Assembly: GCA_963668025.2 (NCBI GenBank) | Contig: CAXXTH010000017.1 | Coordinates: 832,001 to 896,000, forward strand | Reading direction: 5' to 3' | From: Candidatus Hydrogenedentota bacterium | Lineage (GTDB): Bacteria > Hydrogenedentota > Hydrogenedentia > Hydrogenedentales > SLHB01 | DNA length: 64,000 bases | Shown here: piece after piece, positions 53,672 through 63,268 of the stretch | How the letters are laid out: each line of letters starts with the position of its first letter | Position numbering within the stretch: position 1 is the stretch's first letter | Notes under the pieces: model-generated | Databases searched by the model: none | The model's input: the letters and a program-made list of their open reading frames with translations, nothing else | Told to the model about the DNA's origin: nothing | Position numbers and translations under genes: made by a program

Positions 53672-54778
53672 ATGCGGGCCAGGTTTCCCGCTTACCCTAC
53701 GGATGATGATGTGGCGGCGGCCAATCGGATAAGGCAGTTGCAACGGGCTTTGCTGGAATGGTACCGGCGGGAGGCCCGCGATTTGCCATGGCGGCGCACC
53801 AGCGATCCGTACGCCATATGGCTCTCCGAGATCATTCTCCAGCAAACCCGCGTCGATCAGGGGCTGCCTTATTATGAACGCTTTCTGGCGGCATTCCCCG
53901 ATACCGCATCCTTGGCCGCCGCATCCCTTGACCACGTGCTCAAGCTTTGGGAGGGGCTCGGCTACTATTCCCGCGCCCGCAATTTGCACCGCTGCGCCCA
54001 AGTCATCGCGGAACAATACGCCGGAAAATTCCCCGCGACGGTCGAGGAGCTCCTTGCCCTGCCCGGCATCGGACCTTATACGGCGGGAGCCATCGCCAGC
54101 ATCGCCTACGGTGTTCGCGCGCCCGTCTTGGATGGCAATGTAATCCGCGTGCTGGCGCGCGTTTTTAATTTAGACGCTTGCACGGATGAATTGGCGACGC
54201 GCCGTGAACTCTGGCGAATGGCAAAAACGCTGGTGCCCGCCGATGCGCCCGGTGATTTCAACCAGGCGGTGATGGAGCTTGGCGCACGCATTTGTACGCC
54301 GCGCACGCCACGCTGCGATGAATGCCCCATCGCGGAGGCATGCCAGGCGCGCAAGACGGACGAGCAAGATAAACGCCCCGTCCGCCGACGGCGTCCCGAA
54401 GCGCCGCATCAGGAAATTGTAGTGGCCGTGATCCGGCGCAAAGACGAATATCTGCTGGGAAAGCGGCCTCCCACCGGCCTTCTTGGAGGCTTATGGGAAT
54501 TCCCCGGCGGGAAGGTCGAGCCCGGCGAGACGCATCAACTGGCGCTTCGGCGCGAAGTGCGGGAAGAATTGGGCGTGGAAGTGAAAGTGGGCAAGCTTAT
54601 CGCCTGCGTGAACCACGCCTACACCCATCTGCGGGTTACGCTCAACGTATATGCTTGCACGCTTTCCGAGGGCGAACCCCAACCCCAGACACATGTCGAG
54701 CTCAAGTGGGCGAAGCGCGAGGATTTCCCGCGCTTCGCCTTTCCCAAAGCGAATCATAAATTTCTGGCGCTCGTGTAA
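53672..54778 (+). CDS. mutY: A/G-specific adenine glycosylase with C-terminal Nudix domain
   Basis: RDLPWR, SEIILQQT, WEGLGYYSRARNL, LPGIGPYTA, LDGNVIRV, Fe-S motif CTPRTPRCDECPIAEAC. The ORF-track start (53453) lies inside the intron, so ATG 53672 is preferred. Confidence 0.95.
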   Translation: MRARFPAYPTDDDVAAANRIRQLQRALLEWYRREARDLPWRRTSDPYAIWLSEIILQQTRVDQGLPYYERFLAAFPDTASLAAASLDHVLKLWEGLGYYSRARNLHRCAQVIAEQYAGKFPATVEELLALPGIGPYTAGAIASIAYGVRAPVLDGNVIRVLARVFNLDACTDELATRRELWRMAKTLVPADAPGDFNQAVMELGARICTPRTPRCDECPIAEACQARKTDEQDKRPVRRRRPEAPHQEIVVAVIRRKDEYLLGKRPPTGLLGGLWEFPGGKVEPGETHQLALRREVREELGVEVKVGKLIACVNHAYTHLRVTLNVYACTLSEGEPQPQTHVELKWAKREDFPRFAFPKANHKFLALV

Positions 54779-54793
54779 GCCGCGCCTCGTGTA

Positions 54794-55063
54794 TTAGGAT
54801 TCGTGGCCGAATTCGAGGAGCTGCACCTCAAGGCCATCCACGGCTTCCAGCTTCACCTTGAGTTCACGGCATTTCTGTTCGTCGCCGAACATCTCGAGCA
54901 AAATCACCCCGCCCGGCGAACAAAAATTATCATGCACTTCATGCAAGCCAATGCGGGTCTTGATGTAGCACCCAAATTCCGAAAACAGATTTTGAAGGAG
55001 CGTGGCGTCTTTCATGCGATTGCGCACATGAATACCCATGACGATATGCTTGTTTCCAACCAT
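54794..55063 (-). CDS. Small ACT-like protein (resembles the TM1266 iron-only hydrogenase regulator family)
   Basis: IVMGIHVRNR...FGCYIKTRIGLHE...CSPGGVILLE; GGAGG RBS. Family assignment is tentative. Confidence 0.6.
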   Translation of the reverse strand: MVGNKHIVMGIHVRNRMKDATLLQNLFSEFGCYIKTRIGLHEVHDNFCSPGGVILLEMFGDEQKCRELKVKLEAVDGLEVQLLEFGHES

Positions 55064-55208
55064 TTTGTGGCCTCCTATATCAGCTTGATTTCCCGCCTAT
55101 GATTATACCTATACGCCGCACGCGCTGGAACCTATTTGTTTAGGACAATGGAATGCGTCAATCCTGCCTGCTCAATAAAATAAAAAATCCACTGTTTTCA
55201 AAATCATC

Positions 55209-55280
55209 GCCACATACGTCCCAAGAGACTCAGCAGAAAAAACAACCGCACTCTTGCGTTCTCTTTGTGCTTCTTGTGGC
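55209..55280. repeat. Degenerate periodic inverted-repeat element
   Basis: GCCACATACGTCCCAAGAGAC... versus reverse complement GCCACAAGAAGCACAAAGAGAACGCAAGAG. Confidence 0.4.
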
Positions 55281-55318
55281 AGTTAAATCCTTGTGCATGT
55301 TCCTTCTTGCTTCGCTGC

Positions 55319-56623
55319 TCAGTCCGCCGCTTCATGGCGATCTAGAGGGATATGGAATGCAAACTCCGCCCAGCGGCCTTCTTCCGATTGCGCCGCGATT
55401 GCGCCGCCATGGGCCTCGATAATGCGCCAGGTGGTGTACAGGCCGACGCCAGTGCCTTTTTGCTTCATCAGCTCCGGTTTTTGGATGCGCGAGAATTTGC
55501 GGAATAGCTTGTTACGCTGGTCTTCTGGGAATCCTGGCCCTTCATTCCATACGCCCACCTGCAACTGGCCTTCGGCTGCTTCCGTTTTTATCCGGATAAG
55601 GCCCTTTGGATATCCGTATTTAACGGCGTTTCCCAGCAAATTGGCCATCACGATTTTCATGAGGTGCGGATCGCATTCGAGCAGCGGTTCCGGGGCGGGA
55701 AATTGCTTCTCGATACGCATCGCTTGATGCTCGAATTGTGGGCGAACCAGCTCGAACGCAGGTTCCACGATATCTTCACTAAAATGCACTTCCTCATACG
55801 ATGGTTTGAGCTGCCCGGATTCGATGTGGGCGTAATCGAGATATTCGCCCACCAGGTTCATCAGGTATTCCGCCTTGTGGGCCATGCGCTCGATGGATTC
55901 CTGTTGTTTAGGCTCGAGCGCGCCGACATAGCCTTGTGTCATGAGGCGCGCATCCATGATGAGCGAGGCCAGCGGGCTTTTCAATTCATGGCTGACGAAT
56001 CCGAGCATTTCCGTATACGCGCGATTGGCGTTTTCAAGCTGCTCGATGCGCCATGCTTTCTCGACCGCCTGGCTAATCCGTTCGGCCATCGCGAGGTGGA
56101 GCATCGCATGGCGGGCCGTGTAGCTATGAGGCGCGCGCGAACTGCGAAACAGAAAACCTACCGGGCGGCCTTCCACCACCAAAGGGCATGTCATGCTCGA
56201 ACATACCCCTTCCTCAATCAGCAAGCGCGTGGATTCGCTCGATGGTTTCCGTTTGAAATACGCATCGAGGTCATGAATGATGCGCAACCGGCCTGTCTTG
56301 AGCACGGCGGCGAGCGAGCTGCCGCGCATATCCGCCGCATAACCTTTATCCAAGCATAGCGGGCCATACAGGGCTACGGCATGATGGGACACCACCCGCT
56401 TGCCTCCATCTTCCAGGAACGCCACGCTTACACGGTCGCATGGCGTGACGCCGCGCGTCGCTTCGAAGAGGAACGTGATGATATCCGCCAGCGATTCTCC
56501 TGCTGCAATACGGCGGTTTACTTCATGGGCGGCAGCGAGTTCAGCAGGCGGCAGGGCTACCGCATCGGCTCGGAGTTTCGCCGGATCGATATATTCGAGT
56601 ATATGCGGTTCATGCTTGGCCAT
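55319..56623 (-). CDS. GAF-domain sensor histidine kinase
   Basis: GAF (SSMTCPLVVEGRPVG), SHELKSPL, NLLGNAVKY, NEGPG, GTGVGL. Confidence 0.9.
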   Translation of the reverse strand: MAKHEPHILEYIDPAKLRADAVALPPAELAAAHEVNRRIAAGESLADIITFLFEATRGVTPCDRVSVAFLEDGGKRVVSHHAVALYGPLCLDKGYAADMRGSSLAAVLKTGRLRIIHDLDAYFKRKPSSESTRLLIEEGVCSSMTCPLVVEGRPVGFLFRSSRAPHSYTARHAMLHLAMAERISQAVEKAWRIEQLENANRAYTEMLGFVSHELKSPLASLIMDARLMTQGYVGALEPKQQESIERMAHKAEYLMNLVGEYLDYAHIESGQLKPSYEEVHFSEDIVEPAFELVRPQFEHQAMRIEKQFPAPEPLLECDPHLMKIVMANLLGNAVKYGYPKGLIRIKTEAAEGQLQVGVWNEGPGFPEDQRNKLFRKFSRIQKPELMKQKGTGVGLYTTWRIIEAHGGAIAAQSEEGRWAEFAFHIPLDRHEAAD

Positions 56624-56795
56624 CAGGTGTCCCGTCATTTGGCGCAATAAATGTGTTGTATAGTGTCCCAAAACAAGGGCGAAATACAATAGTTTCCCGC
56701 TTCTGGGCGGGAAACAGGCCGAATGCGGCCAGCGCTTCATTGTTTTCCGCCCGGAATAGTTTTCAACTGTTTTTACTTGTACTTAAGAATTTTGC

Positions 56796-56823
56796 TCAAG
56801 CCCGCCATCCATTCTGCCGATAT
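56796..56823 (+). promoter_or_regulatory. Sigma28 (FliA)-like promoter
   Basis: TCAAG(56796-56800)-N15-GCCGATAT(56816-56823), close to the TAAA/TCAAG-N15-GCCGATAA consensus, 36 nt before ATG 56860. Confidence 0.6.
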
Positions 56824-56859
56824 ACGTAATGGACAACAGCTATAATCAGGAGACATGAG

Positions 56860-58278
56860 ATGGGGAACAGCCTAGTTTCGCCACTTTTAGACGCGTCCAT
56901 ATTGGGAGCGCGCACGCAATCCTTGCTTGCGGAATTACTCCAGCGCTTGAATCATTCGAGCGATACCACGGAGGCCACAGAGTCCACGGACACGGCGGCC
57001 GCTGTTCCCACGGATACTTTGGGTGCTAACCAAGACGCCCAAGTCGATGATGCGTTTCAATCTTCGGTATATCAATCCAAGATGCAGCGCGTCTCCCTGG
57101 CCGTCCAGTTGCAGCAAGTGCGTACCCGGATCGGCGAGTACATCGAGCAAAACAGCGACGCCGAGGGCAGCGAAACGGATGCGGGCGCTTCGGACACCGC
57201 CGCCACGGCGGAAGCGAAGCAGCTCAAGTTCGACTTTTTCGCGGAGACCCGCTCGGTGGAACTGGCGCTATTTCAACAGCGCACGGATGCGGTGGCCAGC
57301 AAAGTGGGTGGCGAACAGGGCCAGCAATTCACCGCCGTCAGCCAGCAAGTGAGTTTCCGGTTCCAGATGTCCCTCGAGATCACCGGCGCGGCCCTGAGCG
57401 GATACGCGGGTGCGGCGGAGAACCTATCCGACAGTTCCAGTGACGCCTTGGATACGTTCATGAGTTTCGCCAATGATTTGCTCGAAAAAACGAACGATTT
57501 CATGAACCAAGCCCTCGAGATGCTCCAAGGATTCTTCTCTGGCGGCGAAACCAATATCCAAGACCAACTGAATCAGTTTCTGCAAGGCCTTAGTGATATT
57601 GGTTTTCTCAATTTGGACAACATTCAAGGCCTCACTTCTTCGGATGACGCATCCAGCCAGGCTGCAAACACTCAAAACGCAAATACGCAAAACGCCACCG
57701 TGCAAGTCATGGGCATGAGTTTCAACATTGAAATTCAAATGGAATTTGCGTTTTCGTATGAAGAGTTAGGTGTCCAGCAATCTGATCCCATTACCTTCGA
57801 TCTGGATGGAGATGGCGTTGAGCTCACCGGTTACGCCAATGGCGCGAATTTCGATATCACTGGCAGCGGCCAGAAGGTAAATACCGCATTTGTGGAAGGC
57901 GGCGACGCTTTCCTGGTCTTTGATCGCAACAACAATGGCTCCGTGGACAACGGGAAGGAGTTGTTTGGCGACCAGAATGGAGCCAGCAACGGCTTCGAGG
58001 AATTGCGCAAGCTCGATTCCAATAAAGATGGCGTCATTGACAGCAATGATAAAGATTTCGCCCAGCTCAAGCTCTTCAAGGATAACGGCAACGGCATCAC
58101 GGAAGAGGGCGAATTGGTCTCGCTAGCCGATGAAGGCATCACATCCATTAGCCTCGGTTACAAGGATGTAGACGAGGCAGCCGCCAACGGCAACCGCATC
58201 ACGCAAACTGCTTCGTTTATCCGAAACAATGGACGTTCCGGGCGAGTGGTGGACGCTGTTCTTAATTATTTGGCGTAA
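56860..58278 (+). CDS. Protein with C-terminal FrpC-type Asp-Pro self-processing module
   Basis: S-D309-P310-ITFDLDGDGVE...DRNNNGSVDNGKELFG...LDSNKDGVIDSND...ELVSLADEGITSISLGY...NGN. S/T/Q/A/D-rich N-terminus, no signal peptide, no RTX repeats. Confidence 0.8.
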   Translation: MGNSLVSPLLDASILGARTQSLLAELLQRLNHSSDTTEATESTDTAAAVPTDTLGANQDAQVDDAFQSSVYQSKMQRVSLAVQLQQVRTRIGEYIEQNSDAEGSETDAGASDTAATAEAKQLKFDFFAETRSVELALFQQRTDAVASKVGGEQGQQFTAVSQQVSFRFQMSLEITGAALSGYAGAAENLSDSSSDALDTFMSFANDLLEKTNDFMNQALEMLQGFFSGGETNIQDQLNQFLQGLSDIGFLNLDNIQGLTSSDDASSQAANTQNANTQNATVQVMGMSFNIEIQMEFAFSYEELGVQQSDPITFDLDGDGVELTGYANGANFDITGSGQKVNTAFVEGGDAFLVFDRNNNGSVDNGKELFGDQNGASNGFEELRKLDSNKDGVIDSNDKDFAQLKLFKDNGNGITEEGELVSLADEGITSISLGYKDVDEAAANGNRITQTASFIRNNGRSGRVVDAVLNYLA

Positions 58279-58295
58279 GAATAGAGGTGACAATT

Positions 58296-58365
58296 GTGGC
58301 ATGGGCGTCTCACCCATGAAGCGCCGGATTTAGCGTTCGCTTCATGGGCGAGACGCCCATGCTAC
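58296..58365. repeat. REPIN (family A REP pair)
   Basis: GTGGCATGGGCGTCTCACCCATG...CATGGGCGAGACGCCCATGCTAC. Confidence 0.75.
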
Positions 58366-58450
58366 ATATGAATATGAAAAATCACTTTGTTCTTCATTCC
58401 TCTAGGCGCTTCGTTTTGATACAATACTTTTCCGGAAAGGGGATGGTGTT

Positions 58451-59830
58451 GTGAAACGAACGCGTCTTGAAGCAGAAAAAACGAGTATTCTTGTAGCGAC
58501 GGCGGATGTGCCCTATGGCGACACGCTCGCCCGCTATCTCGATTTAGACGGTTATGCCCTTGAACGGTGCCATGACGCCCGGGGCGTCTTGCGGCTCGTG
58601 AGCCGCAAACCCTTTAATGTCATTGTGCTCGATCTTGAACTCGGCAATGAAGGCGATGTGGACCTGATCACCTACGTACGCCGCCAGTTGCCCGCCGCGA
58701 AAGTGATCTTGCTCTTTGATATGGCGCGGATTGAACGGGCCATCGAGGGCATCCGCCACGGCGCCTTTTTCTATCTCCCCCGCACCTGCCAGCCGAGTGA
58801 TGTCATGCTGGTGGTGCATAAAGCCGTGCGCAGCTTGGGCGCGGATACGTCCGTGCGCCAATTCGAGCGCGGCATGCTGGATGAATTGCTGGGCGGTTCG
58901 CCCGCCATGAAGCGCGTCATCGAGATGGTGTCGAAGGTCGCCCCTACGGACAGCACGGTGCTGCTTCTGGGCGAGAGCGGCACCGGCAAAGAACTGCTGG
59001 CCAGCATGGTTCATCGTTTGAGCCAGCGTGCGGATACGCCGTTCATCGCCATCAACTGCGCCGCCTTGCCGGACAATTTGCTCGAAAGCGAAATGTTCGG
59101 GCATGTGAAGGGGGCTTTCACGGGAGCCGACTCGGACAAGCGGGGGCTATTCGAGGAGGCGGATGGCGGCACGATTTTCTTGGACGAAATCGGCGACATG
59201 GCCCTCATCACCCAGGCGAAACTCCTGCGGGTGTTGCAGAACGGCGAGATCAGGCATGTAGGCGCGTCGGTATCCCAGCGGGTCGATGTGCGGATCATCG
59301 CCGCCACGAACCGGGATCTCGAAAAGGCCGTGGCCCAGTACACGTTCCGTGAAGACCTTTACTTCCGGCTGAACGTCATCCAGATCCGCATCCCGCCGCT
59401 TCGGGATCGCATGGAAGCGTTGCCTAAACTTATCCGCCACTTCGTGAGCCGCGCCAACGCCCAATATGGCAAGGAAGTGAAGGAGATGGACGAACCGGCG
59501 CAAATCCTCCTGCGCAACTATGATTACCCCGGCAATATCCGCGAGCTCGAGAGCATCATCGCCCATGCGGCGATTATGTCCGAGGACGGCGTCATCCGGG
59601 CGCAAGATTTGCCCGACCAGGTCCGGCTCGGCCGGGGGCCGCGCCTCGCATTACCCAACTATTCGGCGGACAGCATCCCCTCGATTGCCGATATGGAGAA
59701 GCAGCTCATTCAAACCGCCCTCGAACGGCTGCATGGCAATCAGACGGAAGTGGCCAAGCGGCTGGGCATTTCGCGCTCGACGCTGTGGCGGAAGCTGAAA
59801 GAGTATGAACTCGAAGGCGTAGGCGGATAA
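58451..59830 (+). CDS. Sigma54-dependent activator (NtrC family) with atypical receiver
   Basis: GESGTGKE, GAFTGA, FLDEIG, YPGNIREL, Fis HTH. Confidence 0.92.
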   Translation: MKRTRLEAEKTSILVATADVPYGDTLARYLDLDGYALERCHDARGVLRLVSRKPFNVIVLDLELGNEGDVDLITYVRRQLPAAKVILLFDMARIERAIEGIRHGAFFYLPRTCQPSDVMLVVHKAVRSLGADTSVRQFERGMLDELLGGSPAMKRVIEMVSKVAPTDSTVLLLGESGTGKELLASMVHRLSQRADTPFIAINCAALPDNLLESEMFGHVKGAFTGADSDKRGLFEEADGGTIFLDEIGDMALITQAKLLRVLQNGEIRHVGASVSQRVDVRIIAATNRDLEKAVAQYTFREDLYFRLNVIQIRIPPLRDRMEALPKLIRHFVSRANAQYGKEVKEMDEPAQILLRNYDYPGNIRELESIIAHAAIMSEDGVIRAQDLPDQVRLGRGPRLALPNYSADSIPSIADMEKQLIQTALERLHGNQTEVAKRLGISRSTLWRKLKEYELEGVGG

Positions 59831-59843
59831 CGGCGCGGCAGCC

Positions 59844-60422
59844 CTATGCGCCCGCCGCAGGCAGCATCGCACGCACATAGCCGCCGGTGAATTCGTTGGC
59901 GAGGATGTCCATCAGGATAACGTCCCACATGCGGCCCGCGACAAAATGGGATTGCCGCCTCACGCCGGCATGCTTGAATCCACAGCGCTCATAACAGTGA
60001 ATCCCACGGGTGTTGTACTCGAAAACCCATAAATTAATGCTGTGCAAATTCAGCACGTTGAACCCGTAATCCAGCATCAGCATGGTGGCCTCTTGGCCAT
60101 ACCCTTTCCCCCAATACGACTTCTCGCCGATGGAAATGCCGAATTCGCCTTTGCGGTTGATAGGGCTTATATTATGCAGACCCGTTGCGCCGATCACTTG
60201 ATGATTGGCCAGATCATAAATGCCGAATATCGGTTCGCCGCTTTTCTGGAATCCCTCGATCCACGTCCGCTCGGAGTCCGGCGTCTGCGAGGATTGAATG
60301 CCTTTCCCCAGGTTGATGGTTACTTCGGGATCATTCATCCATCCCGCCAGTTGCTCCGCTTGTTCGAGCAGCAATGGCGCAAGATAACATTTCGAGCCGG
60401 ACACCTTCGCATGATTCGCCAT
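59844..60422 (-). CDS. RimJ/RimL-family GNAT acetyltransferase
   Basis: GEFGISIGEKSYWGKGYGQEA...LNLHSINL...NTRGIHCYERCGF. GAGGGAG RBS before ATG 60422. Confidence 0.88.
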   Translation of the reverse strand: MANHAKVSGSKCYLAPLLLEQAEQLAGWMNDPEVTINLGKGIQSSQTPDSERTWIEGFQKSGEPIFGIYDLANHQVIGATGLHNISPINRKGEFGISIGEKSYWGKGYGQEATMLMLDYGFNVLNLHSINLWVFEYNTRGIHCYERCGFKHAGVRRQSHFVAGRMWDVILMDILANEFTGGYVRAMLPAAGA

Positions 60423-60468
60423 GGCGATGCACTCCCTCTTGGTTGCTAGACGCTTTATATCTTTGTCG

Positions 60469-60484
60469 GCATTATGCATACCAA
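60469..60484 (-). promoter_or_regulatory. Possible sigma54 -24/-12 promoter
   Basis: Minus strand TTGGTATGCATAATGC (GG-N10-GC), ~47 nt upstream of the GNAT gene. Confidence 0.4.
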
Positions 60485-60621
60485 ACATCATCTGGCTGGC
60501 CTTTAGTATGAATAGAGAGCAGATACGACGCTTCAGCGGCTCCGCGATTTGGCTTATACTACAAAGAGATACAAACAGGGCCCCAATGCGATAGGATACC
60601 TGACATGAGCCGGGGAGCACG

Positions 60622-61221
60622 ATGAATACACCTATCGAGAGCAGTGAGTTCGTAAAACTCATCGAAGCGCATCGCGACGAGTTCTACCGGTATGTGAAGC
60701 GCATGCTGTGGGAACCGGGCGCGGCGGATGATGTGTTCTCATCCGCCGTATTGTCGGCCTACGAGAACTTGCCTCGATTCGAGCCTGGCACGAACTTCCG
60801 TGCATGGGTTTTTCGGATTCTAACCAACAAGTGTTTCGTGGCCAACCGCGAAACGGCCCGCGCACCTCAGCCGTTGGATGATTCCTTCGATGAGACGTGG
60901 GCCGCGGTGCAAGAGGGTCCCGATTACACGGAGATGCTCGATGAGCCCATGAGGGTGCTCGATGCCTGCGGCGGCGAAGTGTATAACGCCTTTCGCCTGT
61001 TGTCGGCGGCGGAGCGTTCATGTTTATTATTAAAGGCTATCGAAAGTTTTTCGTACAAGGAAATCGCCGAGATACTCGATATGCCGGAAGGAACAGTGAT
61101 GACGCATTTAGCCCGAGGACGCGCGAAACTGCGAAAGGAATTGCTCGATTATGCGCGTGAAAGGGGCATCTTGGGCCGCGCCTCGAACCGTACGGAAGAT
61201 AAGCCGGAGGGTGGGATATGA
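60622..61221 (+). CDS. ECF sigma factor (SigR/SigH-like)
   Basis: RFEPGTNFRAWVFRILTN and FSYKEIAEILDMPEGTVMTHLARGR. Confidence 0.9.
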   Translation: MNTPIESSEFVKLIEAHRDEFYRYVKRMLWEPGAADDVFSSAVLSAYENLPRFEPGTNFRAWVFRILTNKCFVANRETARAPQPLDDSFDETWAAVQEGPDYTEMLDEPMRVLDACGGEVYNAFRLLSAAERSCLLLKAIESFSYKEIAEILDMPEGTVMTHLARGRAKLRKELLDYARERGILGRASNRTEDKPEGGI

Positions 61222-61979
61222 CCGTGGGCCGGGATGAACAGCGTTATCTGGATGGCGAAATGACGGACGCGGAAGCCACGGCCTTTTGGGAGGCGTTGCC
61301 AGAGCCGGAACAAGAACGGCTGAACAAGGAGCGCCGTTTTGAAGCCGGCTTGAAACAGGTGATGGACCAGGATGTGGGATGCCCGGACGCCGCATGGCGG
61401 CGTCTCGAATGGCAATTGCAACATAAGCGCCCGGCAAGCCGTTCTAGCGTGGTGCGATGGACGCTTCGATTCGCCGCCGCCGCCGTGGTGGCCGCAGGCG
61501 TCTTGTTCGCCATGCGCCAAGCGGATGCCCCGGAGAGCAGTGAGGCCTTTTTGCGCGTGGCGGAAGCCAATGTAACGGATTTCGCCCAACATGCCCAAAC
61601 CGAGCAGCCTACCATCGAGCACGTGCGGCGTTTCCTGTCCGAACGAGGCTTTTCCATCCAATTGCCTGCCGAGGAAGCGCTGTCCAACCGCACCCACGAA
61701 AAAATACACCTGCTGGGTGCGCGTTGCGAGTCTTGTCCATGCGAGGACGTAGGTGAAATTCTCTTCGACTGCTGCGGGCAGCCGGTGAAGATCGTCATGG
61801 CGCACAAAGGGGGCCGGGCGGCGGATTTGTTGAGTAAGGCGCATTCCAACCACGCATGCAACTGCGAAGTGCAGCGCGTGGAGGAAATAGGCGAGTACAT
61901 CGTGGCCGTCGTAGGCCGGCACCCGTCGCCACAACTCCTGGAGCTTCTCGCCGCAAGCCCTTCAACGGACCCTACTTAA
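61218..61979 (+). CDS. Putative membrane anti-sigma factor with Cys-rich C-terminal domain
   Basis: ATGA overlap with the ECF gene; YLDGEM N-terminus; one TM; CESCPC, DCCG, HACNC. Confidence 0.7.
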   Translation: MTVGRDEQRYLDGEMTDAEATAFWEALPEPEQERLNKERRFEAGLKQVMDQDVGCPDAAWRRLEWQLQHKRPASRSSVVRWTLRFAAAAVVAAGVLFAMRQADAPESSEAFLRVAEANVTDFAQHAQTEQPTIEHVRRFLSERGFSIQLPAEEALSNRTHEKIHLLGARCESCPCEDVGEILFDCCGQPVKIVMAHKGGRAADLLSKAHSNHACNCEVQRVEEIGEYIVAVVGRHPSPQLLELLAASPSTDPT

Positions 61980-62005
61980 ACGTTTTACTTCATACGCTTC
62001 TCTTC

Positions 62006-62072
62006 GCATGGGCGTCCCGCACATGAAGAGACGTCTTTAATGCATGCTTCATGGGCGAGACGCCCATGCTAC
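62006..62072. repeat. REPIN (family A REP pair)
   Basis: GCATGGGCGTCCCGCACATGAAG...CTTCATGGGCGAGACGCCCATGCTAC. Confidence 0.7.
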
Positions 62073-62232
62073 GGGATGCATTAAAACATATTGATTTCAG
62101 GCGCTTGAAATATACCCGCCGCCGCATGGGTTGTCACTACTAAACCCAATACGTATACTGGCGTTGCGCAGGATAGGCATGCTGGGATATTGGGGCATGT
62201 TGTTTTTTTAGCGGAAGGAGAAGAAGCATACC

Positions 62233-63177
62233 ATGGAAAATGTCATTATTATCGGTTCAGGGCCGGCAGGCTATACGGCGGCGCTCTACACAGCCCGCGC
62301 CGATTTGAATCCCCTCGTGCTCGAGGGTGAATTGAGTAAAGATATCCTGCCCGGCGGGCAGCTCATGACTACCACCGAAGTCGAGAATTTCCCCGGCTAC
62401 CCCGATGGAGTTTCTGGGCCAGAGATGATGGAGCAATTCAAAAAACAGGCGAAACGGTTCGGGGCGCGCATCGTATCGAAAACCGCCACCGCCGTGGATC
62501 TTTCTTCACGCCCGTTCAAAATCACCGCAGGCAAAGAAACCTATGAGTGCAAGGCCCTTATTATCGCCACGGGGGCTACGGCGAGATACCTCGGCCTGGA
62601 GTCCGAGCAGCGCTTCATGAACCGGGGCGTATCGGGCTGCGCCACGTGCGATGGCGCATTGCCGCGTTTCCGCAACAAGCCGCTAGTGGTGTTGGGCGGC
62701 GGCGATACGGCCATGGAGGAATCGCTGTTTCTGGCTAATTTCGCCAGCGAAGTCCATGTCATTCACCGGCGTGATCAGTTTCGCGCCAGTAAAATCATGG
62801 CGGACCGCGTGATCGCACATCCTAAAATCATCGTCGAGTGGAACACCGTGGTGGACGAAGTGTTGGGCGATGACGAAAAAGGCGTCACGGGCGTGCGCGT
62901 CAAGGACGTGAAAACCGGTGAAACGCGCGTCATCGAGTGCGTCGGGTATTTTAGCGCCATCGGCCACAAGCCCAACACGGACCTGTTTGTGGGCGTGCTG
63001 GATACGGACGAGACCGGCTACCTGGTCACGAAGCCCGATTCGAGCTACACCAATATCGAGGGCGTTTTTGCGGCGGGCGACGTGCAAGACCGTATCTACC
63101 GCCAGGCCATCACGGCCGCTGGCTCCGGGTGCATGGCTGCTCTCGATTGCACCCGCTGGCTCGAAGCGCAGGAATAG
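62233..63177 (+). CDS. trxB: Thioredoxin-disulfide reductase
   Basis: [37 protein letters not shown]...QAITAAGSG. Confidence 0.96.
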   Translation: MENVIIIGSGPAGYTAALYTARADLNPLVLEGELSKDILPGGQLMTTTEVENFPGYPDGVSGPEMMEQFKKQAKRFGARIVSKTATAVDLSSRPFKITAGKETYECKALIIATGATARYLGLESEQRFMNRGVSGCATCDGALPRFRNKPLVVLGGGDTAMEESLFLANFASEVHVIHRRDQFRASKIMADRVIAHPKIIVEWNTVVDEVLGDDEKGVTGVRVKDVKTGETRVIECVGYFSAIGHKPNTDLFVGVLDTDETGYLVTKPDSSYTNIEGVFAAGDVQDRIYRQAITAAGSGCMAALDCTRWLEAQE

Positions 63178-63268
63178 GCAGGCGAAATAGTGTGGATAGC
63201 CCGGCGGATCCCTTGGTCCGCCGGGCGTTTATGTGGCCAAACTGTAGTGCATAACATCCGGGAATCCG

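Noticed and set aside
60423-60662. 80-aa N-terminal extension of the RimJ-like GNAT
   Set aside because: Overlaps the divergent ECF gene and promoter region; ATG 60422 has a good RBS.
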